Below, piece by piece: positions 17,034 through 26,361 of a DNA stretch of 29,297 nt. Each line of letters opens with the position of its first letter. The stretch's first letter is position 1. The position numbers and the translations under genes were made by a program. The stretch comes from Pseudobacteriovorax sp. Lineage in GTDB: Bacteria > Bdellovibrionota_B > Oligoflexia > Oligoflexales > Oligoflexaceae. Where the stretch lies: NCBI GenBank assembly GCA_050293845.1, contig JBNKNM010000052.1, positions 1 to 29,297 on the forward strand. The letters run 5' to 3'. The notes under the pieces are model-generated. The model saw only the letters and a list, made by a program, of their open reading frames with translations. It did no database searches and was not told where the DNA came from.

Positions 17034-18473
17034 TTATCCTACGCTTCCTTCCAATTTCATCTCAAGCAGTTTAACAGCTTCAACGGAAAACTCTAATGGC
17101 AGTTCATTGAATACCTCTTTACAGAAGCCGTTGAGCAATAAGCCAATGGCTTCTTCTTCGCTTAATCCACGAGATTGAAGGTAAAATAGCTGATCTGCAT
17201 TTAACTTCGAAGTACTAGCTTCATGTTCTACTGTTGCCGATTTATTGAGAACCTCAATGTAAGGGAAGGTATTTGCAGATGACTCACTCCCTACTAACAT
17301 CGAATCACACTGGGAGTAATTACGCGCTTGATCAGCCGATGCCATGATTTTTACCTGCCCCCGGTAAGCATTGACCGATTGATCTGCCGATATGCCTTTT
17401 GAAATTATTTTACTTCTAGTATGCTTACCGATATGAATCATTTTAGTTCCGGTATCAGCCTGCATTTTACTATTTGTCAAAGCAATGGAATAAAACTCAC
17501 CACGAGAGTGATCACCTTTAAGAATACAGCTGGGATATTTCCAGGTAATAGCTGATCCCGCTTCAACTTGTGTCCAAGAGATATGAGAATTCACCCCTGA
17601 ACATAACCCTCTTTTAGTGACAAAATTATAGATGCCACCTTCCCCCTTTGCATTGCCAGCATACCAATTTTGCACTGTAGAATATTTGATTTCAGCATGA
17701 TCCATCGCGATCAATTCTACGACAGCTGCATGGAGCTGACTTTCATCCCGTTGCGGTGCTGTACACCCTTCAAGGTAGCTCACAGACGCCCCCTCGTCAG
17801 CTATAACGAGAGTCCGCTCGAATTGTCCTGTACCTGCCGCGTTGATTCTAAAGTAAGTCGATAGATCTATAGGACATTTCACCCCTTTGGGAATGTAGCA
17901 AAAGGAGCCATCTGAAAACACAGCAGCGTTCAGAGAAGCGTAAAAATTATCCTTATAGGGCACAACTTTACCCAGATATTTTTTAACAAGGTCGGGATGA
18001 TTTTGGATCGCCTCAGAAAACGAGCAAAAGATGATACCATACTGCTCAAGTTCTTCTTGATGTGATGTCCCCATAGAAACGCTATCGAATACCGCATCAA
18101 CGGCCACCCCAGCTAGCTTTGCCTGTTCACCAAAAGGAACCCCTAGTTTTTTAAAGGTCTCCAAGATTTCAGGATCGACTTCGTCAAGGCTCTTTGGTCC
18201 ATCCGTATTCTTTTTCGGAGCGCTATAATAAGTTAAACTCTGAAAGTCTATGGGGGGATAATGTAAATCGGCCCAACTAGGTTCTTTAAGTGTTTGCCAG
18301 TGACGAAATGCTTTAAGCCTATAGTTACGGATAAACTCGGGTTCTTGTTTTATATCCGAGATTCTATTGATGACTTCCTCGCTCAGTCCTACGGGGAAGT
18401 CTTCTGATTCAACATTAGTGACGAAACCGTACTTATATTCTCGTTTTGAAAACTTTGTACTCGCATCGCTCAT
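17034..18473 (-). CDS. sufB: Fe-S cluster assembly protein SufB
   Basis: [54 protein letters not shown] and C-terminal LEGSVG. Confidence 0.98.
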   Translation of the reverse strand: MSDASTKFSKREYKYGFVTNVESEDFPVGLSEEVINRISDIKQEPEFIRNYRLKAFRHWQTLKEPSWADLHYPPIDFQSLTYYSAPKKNTDGPKSLDEVDPEILETFKKLGVPFGEQAKLAGVAVDAVFDSVSMGTSHQEELEQYGIIFCSFSEAIQNHPDLVKKYLGKVVPYKDNFYASLNAAVFSDGSFCYIPKGVKCPIDLSTYFRINAAGTGQFERTLVIADEGASVSYLEGCTAPQRDESQLHAAVVELIAMDHAEIKYSTVQNWYAGNAKGEGGIYNFVTKRGLCSGVNSHISWTQVEAGSAITWKYPSCILKGDHSRGEFYSIALTNSKMQADTGTKMIHIGKHTRSKIISKGISADQSVNAYRGQVKIMASADQARNYSQCDSMLVGSESSANTFPYIEVLNKSATVEHEASTSKLNADQLFYLQSRGLSEEEAIGLLLNGFCKEVFNELPLEFSVEAVKLLEMKLEGSVG

Positions 18474-18479
18474 AATCTT

Positions 18480-18971
18480 TCACCTTTCCTGAGACAAGTG
18501 CCGTTGGGGTTCACGACCAGGCCGGCACTCTCTGACGCCTCCTAAAGGACACATCTTTTCCTCTTTCACATACCTATTCTCTAGTTCCTTAAGGCTCATA
18601 TTGGCGAGTTGAAACCTTAAGGATTCAAAAATATACTGCCAGGGTTCATTAGAGACGCATGATGAGGTGTATTTACAGTCATCATGCTCATCCACACAAA
18701 CTACCGGGTAAATACCATCTTCAACGGCATGAAAAATATCCCATAAAGAAATCTGTTGGGGATCACGGGAAATGCGGTAGCCTCCTGTACGCCCCCGAAT
18801 GCTATTAACTAAGCCTTGTTTCCGCAATCTTACTAGGATTTGGTCGAGGTACTTTGCAGGGATGCCCTCGCGGCGAACAATATCTTGCCGTCTAACTAGA
18901 GGCTCACATTCGAAGCGTGCAAGGTCTAGCATAATTTTTAGTGCGTACCGGCTTCTCGATGTTAGATTCAT
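18480..18971 (-). CDS. Rrf2-family transcriptional regulator (IscR/SufR-like)
   Basis: LTSRSRYAL, YLDQIL..LRKQGLVNSIRGRTGGY and the Cys triad CVDEHDDCKYTSSC. First gene of the suf operon. Confidence 0.92.
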   Translation of the reverse strand: MNLTSRSRYALKIMLDLARFECEPLVRRQDIVRREGIPAKYLDQILVRLRKQGLVNSIRGRTGGYRISRDPQQISLWDIFHAVEDGIYPVVCVDEHDDCKYTSSCVSNEPWQYIFESLRFQLANMSLKELENRYVKEEKMCPLGGVRECRPGREPQRHLSQER

Positions 18972-19040
18972 GGCCCCAAACCTTTTAAAAAATGGGAGCT
19001 AATGTTTAGCGAAAAGCTATACATTTAGCAACCCCGATTA

Positions 19041-19069
19041 AAAATGTTTACCATTTTTGTAGAGTTTTT
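19041..19069. promoter_or_regulatory. Candidate Rrf2 operator upstream of the suf operon
   Basis: Imperfect palindrome AAAATGTTTAC-N7-GTAGAGTTTTT, 8 of 11 arm positions symmetric, with geometry like IscR type-1 TTGAC-N7-GTCAA sites. Confidence 0.35.
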
Positions 19070-19110
19070 AAAAGGGAGGAACATTGACACCTTCATGGTC
19101 CCTTCCTCCT
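19070..19110 (-). terminator. Possible intrinsic terminator of the MATE gene
   Basis: On the minus strand a GGAGGAA...TTCCTCC stem is followed by CTTTT. The loop is large and the U-tract short. Confidence 0.3.
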
Positions 19111-19165
19111 TAACAGTGTTATCGGTGGAAACGCAGCATAAGATAAGCAGAAATTACAAATTATT

Positions 19166-20503
19166 TTAAATACTTATCTTAGACCATCGGTTTCGTTGCC
19201 AGGCAATAGCAAAAATAATTCCCTGCAGCAGTCGGTAAATGGCTTGCATCAGCCAAACTTCCAAGAGACCAAAATGCCACCAAGAGACACTAAGATAAGC
19301 TAAAGGGATAAACACCAGCCACTGTATGGTAAGGGAAACACCCATAACAAAAGTACTCGCTCCAGCTCCTAATAAGGCATACATAAGCACTACACCCACG
19401 GCATCAAAGCATATGATCAGTCCTGTAATTCTTAGGGGTTCTAGGGCTAATGACAAGGTTTGTAAATCTGGCGCAAAGGGCTGCAGAAGCCATTCTGGGC
19501 AGAGCCACATCGGGCAGCCAATCAAAAAAGCCGCCATAAACCCTATCTTACAGACATCCCAAGCCCAAGCTTTAGCTCCAGACGGATCTGCCGCCCCCAG
19601 GGACTGGCCTACTAGGGTTGTTGTAGCTAGCCCAAAGCCCATTTCTGGAAGCACAGCAAAGAGCATGATGTTGGTGAGAATATTAGCAGCTGCCAGCGCC
19701 GAAGTACTGATGCCACCAACGACTTGGTAAAATGCGACAAGTCCCGCAGCAAAAAAAACTTGCTGTAACCCGGCTGGTGCTGAAATTTTCAGCATTTTCT
19801 TAAAATCACTTCTTTGCGGCAGTATCCTTAGAAAACCTTGATTTTTTGCCATCTTAAGAGCCGAAACACCATAGATAGCGCTCCCCAGAGCCAATGACAG
19901 AGTTGTCCCCCAGGCGGCTCCAACAAGACCGAGCTTAGGAAATCCTCCGTTACCGAAAATCAACAGGTAATTGAGGACTATGTTGGTCATATGCATGACG
20001 AGTAATGTTGCCAAATATACCTGAGGGCGATCTATCGCATTCCAATAGCCACGAAACACAAAGTTTATCCCCACAAAGATCCCTCCCAGGACACGAATTT
20101 GCAGGTATGGCACGCCAGGAACTACAACTGCACCGTCATTGTTAATGTAAGGATAAAAATAAGGGCAGCTGAAATATACCACAGCAGAAATGGCAACACC
20201 GAGAATGACAGCTAAAAACAGTCCGCAGTTGAGAGGAACCGCCGCTTCTTGCATACGACCAGCTCCCTTAATCCGGGAAGATAGGGCCTGTACTCCCGTG
20301 GATAGCCCCAAGACAAAGGCTATAGCAGCAAAACTTAGAAATCCACCCAGCCCTGATGCGGCCAATGCAGCGTCCCCTAAGGATTTAACGAAGAAGATAT
20401 CGACCAAATTCAAAATGTTTTGTGAAACCATTCCTCCGATAATGGGGATCGACAGACGAAAAATTCTTTTAACACGCTGAATTTCCAAATAAATGTTCCT
20501 CAT
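19166..20503 (-). CDS. MATE-family efflux transporter
   Basis: IFRLSIPII...LVDIFFV..LG..ALAA, NIVLNYLLIFGNGGFPKLGLVGAAWGT and TTLVGQSLGA. About 12 TM segments. Start set at ATG 20503. Confidence 0.92.
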   Translation of the reverse strand: MRNIYLEIQRVKRIFRLSIPIIGGMVSQNILNLVDIFFVKSLGDAALAASGLGGFLSFAAIAFVLGLSTGVQALSSRIKGAGRMQEAAVPLNCGLFLAVILGVAISAVVYFSCPYFYPYINNDGAVVVPGVPYLQIRVLGGIFVGINFVFRGYWNAIDRPQVYLATLLVMHMTNIVLNYLLIFGNGGFPKLGLVGAAWGTTLSLALGSAIYGVSALKMAKNQGFLRILPQRSDFKKMLKISAPAGLQQVFFAAGLVAFYQVVGGISTSALAAANILTNIMLFAVLPEMGFGLATTTLVGQSLGAADPSGAKAWAWDVCKIGFMAAFLIGCPMWLCPEWLLQPFAPDLQTLSLALEPLRITGLIICFDAVGVVLMYALLGAGASTFVMGVSLTIQWLVFIPLAYLSVSWWHFGLLEVWLMQAIYRLLQGIIFAIAWQRNRWSKISI

Positions 20504-20691
20504 ATAGGGTTCCGATCTGCAATGCCCACATCCGTTCGCATTCATTGCTAGCAAGGCTATTCTAATCAATTTTCAAACTGATTTTTTGGATCTAGGTTTT
20601 TGCGCTCAGTGAAATATCCTATCTGAAATTTTCAATCCCAGATATAATAACAAGGTTCTGCCTTTGGCAGAGACTATTTGAGGGTTAATCC

Positions 20692-20744
20692 GGAATCCGA
20701 AAAAACTTCGTTTGCTGCGTTATGCCAAGCTTTTTTCGAATTCC
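20692..20744. repeat. Short inverted-repeat element (MITE-like remnant or hairpin)
   Basis: GGAATCCGAAAAAA (20692-20705) and TTTTTTCGAATTCC (20731-20744) are complementary at 13 of 14 positions, with a 25-nt spacer. Confidence 0.55.
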
Positions 20745-20789
20745 TTAAAATTATTAACTTATGTTTCAATTTTTCCGATTCGGGGGTAA

Positions 20790-21164
20790 TTGATTCTGAC
20801 ATGGGATCTGAAAATAGGAAAGTTCGTGAATTTATACCAAAGTGAGGAAAATCTCTCCCAAGCTATTAGACAATTTGGCCATAAACTTAAAGAGGCCAGG
20901 CAGGTTAAGACAAGACTGAAGGAACTGCTTCCCAGCAGGTTGGCCCAATTAAAGCTTCAACACCGTGCCTCGCAGACGGCAGCTGCTGCCCAAAGGCAAG
21001 CCCTCGTTGACCCGGTATACCAGGACTACATCGAAGAACTCCTCGACATGTCCCAAGCGCAAACACTGAATCAGGTCAAATACGAAAGTCACAAAATGCT
21101 GTGGCAAGCTCGTCAATCTTTACGAGCTGCTCGGCTGCTCGGCCTACAACAGCGCAACACCTAA
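20790..21164 (+). CDS. Hypothetical helical protein (start may be GTG 20826)
   Basis: Open frame rich in Q/L/A/R with coiled-coil character. No family recognised. Confidence 0.65.
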   Translation: MILTWDLKIGKFVNLYQSEENLSQAIRQFGHKLKEARQVKTRLKELLPSRLAQLKLQHRASQTAAAAQRQALVDPVYQDYIEELLDMSQAQTLNQVKYESHKMLWQARQSLRAARLLGLQQRNT

Positions 21165-21281
21165 GCACGAACGTAGAGAAAAACTTAATTACACCATATT
21201 GAACTCGACTTTCGATCCTCCAGCCTTTATTTTAGTTTTTTCCTAAGCGCGACTTTTGAAAAAAGTGCAAAGGTTGAGCTA

Positions 21282-21398
21282 AGAGCCTGTTTAAATAGTC
21301 TTAGTTTGTGGCACTAGGAACAAGAAAGCACCGTGTATAAATAGCAAGGAGCCTTCTTGTGGGAACAGCTCACCAACCGATTTTTTAAAGCAGTCTCT
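21282..21398. mobile_element. Putative 117-bp MITE with IS5-like terminal inverted repeats
   Basis: Left end AGAGCCTGTTTAAA, preceded by TA. Right end TTTAAAGCAGTCTCT (reverse complement AGAGACTGCTTTAAA) differs by one mismatch and one indel. No clean target-site duplication on the right. Confidence 0.45.
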
Positions 21399-21440
21399 CG
21401 GGTTCGCCAAATCCCAATCATCTGAAATTAGGAGCATAAT

Positions 21441-23426
21441 GTGTCTTTTTTACCTAATGTAGTTTTCGCCATACTTTTATTAGGTACGATGGGCTTTTTC
21501 GCCTTCAACCTGCTCAGGACTTGGGTTTTAGTCCACCAGGCCCAAGGTACCGAAGACAATCGTTTAGAAAATATTCCGCGCCGTCTATTTGAAGTTTTAC
21601 GGTTTGGATTTCTGCAAGAGAAAATGTTCCGCGACAAGAATTCCGGAATTATGCATGCCTTTATATTCTGGGGCTTTATCACCGTTACCATAGGAACCAT
21701 CGAGACCGTTTTGTCGGGAGTTTTTTCTGGCTTTTCGTTTAGTCTGATTTTAGGGGATGGTATCGTTTTTCGAGCTTTTTTACTGAGCCAAGACCTCGGT
21801 AACTTTGCCGTTGCCGCTGCAATCAGCTATGCAGTCCTCCGTAGACTTTATTTTCCACCATTGCGCTTGCAAAGTTTATCAGCTGCTTCCAAAAAAGATG
21901 CTATGATAGTGCTCCTCTTTATTCTAGCCCTCGTTGTCACCTCGCTGATCAGTCTGGGAGCCAAAGCCAAGCTAGGTGAAATCCCAGCTACAGGGGTACC
22001 GATTTCCTGGGTTTTTGCTAGTATTTTTGGGCTATTTATCGACCATTGGCATGGTTTTGAACGTTTTATTTTTTGGGCGCACTGCTTCACTTTATTTGGA
22101 TTCACCACCTTTCTACCGTTCTCGAAGCATCAGCATTTGATTTGGGTTTGGCCCAATATATTTTTTAGAAGCCATAAAGCCCGTGGTCGCTTACGCCCTA
22201 TGGAGTTTGACGAAAATGCAGAGTCATTTGGCGTCAGTCAACCCGAAGAGTTTACCTGGAAGCAGCTACTTGATGCCCAAACTTGTGTGGAATGTGGTCG
22301 CTGTACGGAGGTATGCCCTGCAAATAACACCGGCAAACCCCTAGACCCTCGTAAAATTATTCATGACATTAAGTACTCCATGAAAGAGTCTCAAGAACCT
22401 GAAAATCCCGAATCTCCGAAAAATCTAATCCGTGATTTTATTTCCACAGACGAGTTATGGTCGTGTACCACGTGTGGCGCTTGTATGGAAGCCTGCCCCC
22501 TTTATATTGAACATATTCCTGCCATTGTTGATATGAGGCGCTACCTAACTCTGACTGAAGGGGATTTCCCCGCTGAACTGGCCAATACCTATAAAAATCT
22601 TGAGACCAATGCCACTCCCTGGGCATTTTCTCCGGCAACTCGTGCAGACTGGGCTAAAGGCCTTGATGTCACAACTATGGCGGAGAAAAGCGATGTGGAG
22701 TACCTTTTCTGGGTTGGTTGCGCCGGTAGCTACGATGAGCGCTACAAAAAAGTTTCAAAATCCATCGTCAACATTCTCAACAAAGCCAACATTAGTTTTT
22801 CCATATTAGGAACGGAAGAACAGTGTAATGGTGACACAGCAAGACGCCTCGGTAATGAATACTTAGCTGATATGCAAATCAGGGAAAACGTAGAAACTTT
22901 TAAAAAGTATCAGGTTAAAAAAGTAGTAACAGGATGCCCTCATTGCTTTAATACCATTAAAAATGAGTATCCCGAATTTGGCTATGATACCGAAGTGATT
23001 CACCATAGTGAGATGATCCAGGACTTACTCAAAAATAATAAAATCAATCCTAGCCAGGTCCCTGCAGACGCAAAAACAACAACTTATCATGATTCCTGCT
23101 ACCTCGGTCGCCATAACGAAGTGTATGAGGAACCCCGTGATTCATTGAAGAAAATCCCTGGGTTAGAGCTTAAAGAAATGCCCCGTCATAAGGCAAAAGG
23201 ATTTTGCTGCGGAGCAGGTGGGGGACGCATGTGGCTGGAAGAGACCATAGGTACCCGTATTAATGAAGATCGCTCAGAAGAAGCGATTAAAACCGGCGCT
23301 AAAACTGTGGCAACAGCTTGCCCATTCTGCATGACCATGATGAATGATGGGGTGAAGGCAAAAGCTCCTGACGCAGGTGTTCAGGTCAAGGATATCGCGG
23401 AAATTGTTTCAGAATCTCTCAACTAG
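21441..23426 (+). CDS. fadF: FadF-like membrane Fe-S oxidoreductase (heterodisulfide reductase-related: TM domain, 2x[4Fe-4S], two CCG domains)
   Basis: N-terminal TM region with MHAFIFWGF, CVECGRCTEVCP, CTTCGACMEACP, FWVGCAGS, GCPHC, TYHDSCYLGRHN, CCGAGGG and ACPFC. AGGAG RBS with GTG start. Confidence 0.88.
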   Translation: MSFLPNVVFAILLLGTMGFFAFNLLRTWVLVHQAQGTEDNRLENIPRRLFEVLRFGFLQEKMFRDKNSGIMHAFIFWGFITVTIGTIETVLSGVFSGFSFSLILGDGIVFRAFLLSQDLGNFAVAAAISYAVLRRLYFPPLRLQSLSAASKKDAMIVLLFILALVVTSLISLGAKAKLGEIPATGVPISWVFASIFGLFIDHWHGFERFIFWAHCFTLFGFTTFLPFSKHQHLIWVWPNIFFRSHKARGRLRPMEFDENAESFGVSQPEEFTWKQLLDAQTCVECGRCTEVCPANNTGKPLDPRKIIHDIKYSMKESQEPENPESPKNLIRDFISTDELWSCTTCGACMEACPLYIEHIPAIVDMRRYLTLTEGDFPAELANTYKNLETNATPWAFSPATRADWAKGLDVTTMAEKSDVEYLFWVGCAGSYDERYKKVSKSIVNILNKANISFSILGTEEQCNGDTARRLGNEYLADMQIRENVETFKKYQVKKVVTGCPHCFNTIKNEYPEFGYDTEVIHHSEMIQDLLKNNKINPSQVPADAKTTTYHDSCYLGRHNEVYEEPRDSLKKIPGLELKEMPRHKAKGFCCGAGGGRMWLEETIGTRINEDRSEEAIKTGAKTVATACPFCMTMMNDGVKAKAPDAGVQVKDIAEIVSESLN

Positions 23427-23455
23427 GCTGGTATCCCCTCCACCCCAAAACCTCA

Positions 23456-23483
23456 GGCTCCCTTTAGCTAGAAGCAGGGAGCC
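23456..23483. terminator. Stem-loop downstream of the fadF-like gene
   Basis: GGCTCCCT-N12-AGGGAGCC is a perfect 8-bp stem 30 nt after the stop. No clear U-tract. Confidence 0.35.
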
Positions 23484-23618
23484 GCTCCCTTCTCACTCAT
23501 TGCTACTGAATGTGTGAACGATCAACTATAAGAAAGTCCGCTTTAAACTTCTCAGAAAAATTGCCGTACCTACTGTGATCTTATAAAATTTAATAAATGG
23601 AACTTTTTAGGATTGCTT

Positions 23619-24989
23619 ATGAAGCGGTATATACTTTACCTCACACTGTTCTGGAGCTATTGGCAAGCCTGCTACCCAGCGGCTGGCGCCCCTATCACTG
23701 AATTTACCCTTAACAATGGTTTGGATTGTATCCTCTACAAAAACGATAAGGTCCCCTTAGCCACTATCGTCTTAACATTCAAGGCTGGTGCATTCACAGA
23801 GGATAAACAAACGAATGGTCTGACTCATTTATGGGAGCATATGTTTTTTAAAGGAAACACCAAGTTTCCCGACCAAGAAGCCTTCAACAGGCAGATTCAG
23901 AATCTGGGCATCGTTTTTAATGGTGATACCTCCTCGGAAATGGTTCGCTATTATTTCACCCTACCAGCTGCCAAAATAGAGCAGGGCTTAGAATTTATGT
24001 ACTATGCTATTAAAAGCCCTAAAATTGATGAAAATGAACTTAAAAAAGAAATACAAGTGGTATTAGACGAATATGACCGCAACGCTTCCCAGCCAGGGTT
24101 TTATCTTTCACGCGCTCGGAAGCAGAGCATCTATGGTGAATTCAGCTTTCTCAGAGATCCCTTAGGAAATCGGGACATCATTGCCCAAGCCAATCGAAAA
24201 GTTCTCATGAAGATTAAAGATCAGGTTTTTATCCCTAAAAATGGTGCATTATTAGTCTCCGGTTTCATTGATCCTGTTAGAACTCAGGCTATGATTAACA
24301 AAATATTCGGACAATGGCTCAATCCAAGCACTCCGCCGGTAAAAACTGAAAATAAATTACCTCCCTTTCCTCGCGATAATCCGGTTATTATTGATGTCAA
24401 CCCCAGGGTTAAGGTGAGTTCTCTGCGTTATGACTTTGATGGACCAAAAGCTCGCCTTGATGTTCAGGATACATATATCGTTGATATGCTGATCAACCTC
24501 CTGCAATCCCGCCAAGGTAAGTTCTATAAAAAATATATCGAATCGGGTTGGGCCAATAGTGTATATTTGGGTTATCATACCCAGGCCCAAGCTGGTGCAT
24601 TGGTATTGAGTGCTGAGGCTGAAGGTGAGAAGTTAAAACGAATTACCAAGCAACTCATTCATGAACCACAAAAATGGCTCCATCAAGACTATTTTTCAGC
24701 AATAGAACTGACCAATGCCCGTGAGAAATTGAGAATCCAGCACGAGTTTGCCATTAACAAGCCGTCTTCATACGTCAAGAACTTGGCTTTTTGGTGGGCT
24801 ATTACTGGATTACCCTACTATTACCAATACATAGATAAGCTAAAAAAGGTAACCCTAACGGAAATCCAAGATTTCCTTCGCAAGTATTTAGTTAACAAAC
24901 CATATGTCACTAGTATGCTACTCACTCAAAAAGATGCTCGTATACTCGATGTTCATTCCACTATAAAAAACGGAGCTGTTGATGAATAG
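23619..24989 (+). CDS. M16B zinc peptidase, catalytic subunit, exported
   Basis: Inverted zinc motif HxxEH (GLTHLWEHMFFKG), FNGDTS and distal E in EIQVVLDE. Signal-peptide-like N-terminus. Confidence 0.9.
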   Translation: MKRYILYLTLFWSYWQACYPAAGAPITEFTLNNGLDCILYKNDKVPLATIVLTFKAGAFTEDKQTNGLTHLWEHMFFKGNTKFPDQEAFNRQIQNLGIVFNGDTSSEMVRYYFTLPAAKIEQGLEFMYYAIKSPKIDENELKKEIQVVLDEYDRNASQPGFYLSRARKQSIYGEFSFLRDPLGNRDIIAQANRKVLMKIKDQVFIPKNGALLVSGFIDPVRTQAMINKIFGQWLNPSTPPVKTENKLPPFPRDNPVIIDVNPRVKVSSLRYDFDGPKARLDVQDTYIVDMLINLLQSRQGKFYKKYIESGWANSVYLGYHTQAQAGALVLSAEAEGEKLKRITKQLIHEPQKWLHQDYFSAIELTNAREKLRIQHEFAINKPSSYVKNLAFWWAITGLPYYYQYIDKLKKVTLTEIQDFLRKYLVNKPYVTSMLLTQKDARILDVHSTIKNGAVDE

Positions 24990-26316
24990 AATATTTTTAG
25001 CATTCATTATATCTACTATCGTTTCTTGCAGCACCAACCTCATCGAACATAAAATTATTGAAAAAATCAATGCCGCAACTACAAGTTATAAGTTAGCGAA
25101 ACAAGGTATTTATCACACCCACCGTACCGTAGCGGGCTCTAACATAGTCGCTATGGATTTCCTATTCTATACTGGCATTTCGTCAATAGAAGCTCAGCAA
25201 AAAATCCTGCCTGGACTATTATTTAAAGCTTTACCGTTTGCCAGTGAGCAATACCCCCGGAAGGATGTTATTGCCATCATGGAAAGGACGGGATCAAGTT
25301 TTTCCTGTAGTGCTGGTATTGAGTTTTCCAAGTGCCACCTGATCACCATTAATGATCGCTTACCAGAAGTCATGCCTATTGTCGCAAATCTTATATTAAG
25401 CCCTCGCTTCAATAGCTCCCATGTTGACCTTGTTAAAAATAGAGCAAAGTTAAGTATTAACAGTCAATTTCAAAGCCCTAGCTTTCTAGCTAATGAAGCC
25501 GCTAATAAGCTTTTCTATTTCCAGCATCCCTTTTGGATCTCCTACCGGGAGCGGCTCGCGCAAATCGCCCCGATATCCTCCCAGCAACTGAGAACTTACT
25601 ATAAAACCCATGTATTAGGCAAACTTACTGAAATTGTTAGTGTTTCCTCATCTCCAGCAGCAGAACTAAAACCTTTACTACAGAAGCACTTTGCTAGCTT
25701 CAAGGTGCACCACAAGATCACCCCATTCCAGGCACCCCCTCCCCAATCACAAGAGGATAAAATCAATATTGTTAATTTTAATAATCCCACAGCATATTTT
25801 ATTATTAAAATACCGATGCCCGGTATTCACCATAAGGATTCTACGGCCGCTAACTTTATGATGAAAATTTTAGATGAAGAACTCTCTTTAGAAATTCGCA
25901 CCAAACGCTCTCTTTCCTATTCAATCTATAGCTATTTAATCGACTATAGTATTGGTATAGGAGTCATTGGCGGCTCAACTTCTAAACCGGCTGAAACTAT
26001 AGCTGCCATCATTGAGGTGATCAATAGGCTCAGAAACACTGCGCTTTCACCTGAGGAAATTAAGAGACACAAAAATGTTTATGTCACTTCTCTGTTTCTT
26101 GAAATGGAAGGTCACTCCTCATTATCGGCATCGATGAGCAAAGGACGTGTCTACGCGAACAACCCCAGCAAAGCTATATCAGCTATAATGGAGATCCAAT
26201 CCTTAAAAAACAGCCACGTGCAAACCATGGCCCAACGTTACCTTAAAAATATGAAAGTAGGAATTGTTTTCGCTGAGGATAAAATCGATAAAAAATGGTT
26301 CGCCTCCCTACCCTAA
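24982..26316 (+). CDS. M16B peptidase-like subunit lacking HxxEH, probable lipoprotein
   Basis: Overlaps the stop of the previous gene, lipobox IVSC, C-domain R/Y motif EIRTKRSLSY and no zinc motif. Confidence 0.85.
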   Translation: MNRIFLAFIISTIVSCSTNLIEHKIIEKINAATTSYKLAKQGIYHTHRTVAGSNIVAMDFLFYTGISSIEAQQKILPGLLFKALPFASEQYPRKDVIAIMERTGSSFSCSAGIEFSKCHLITINDRLPEVMPIVANLILSPRFNSSHVDLVKNRAKLSINSQFQSPSFLANEAANKLFYFQHPFWISYRERLAQIAPISSQQLRTYYKTHVLGKLTEIVSVSSSPAAELKPLLQKHFASFKVHHKITPFQAPPPQSQEDKINIVNFNNPTAYFIIKIPMPGIHHKDSTAANFMMKILDEELSLEIRTKRSLSYSIYSYLIDYSIGIGVIGGSTSKPAETIAAIIEVINRLRNTALSPEEIKRHKNVYVTSLFLEMEGHSSLSASMSKGRVYANNPSKAISAIMEIQSLKNSHVQTMAQRYLKNMKVGIVFAEDKIDKKWFASLP

Positions 26317-26361
26317 GCTGCTTGCTGCGCTCAGGCCAAGCCAAGACAGATTCCAACTAAA

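Noticed and set aside
21439..21462. Out-of-frame ATG mini-ORF overlapping the fadF-like GTG start
   Set aside because: Only 7 codons, and the RBS spacing favours the GTG. Likely chance.
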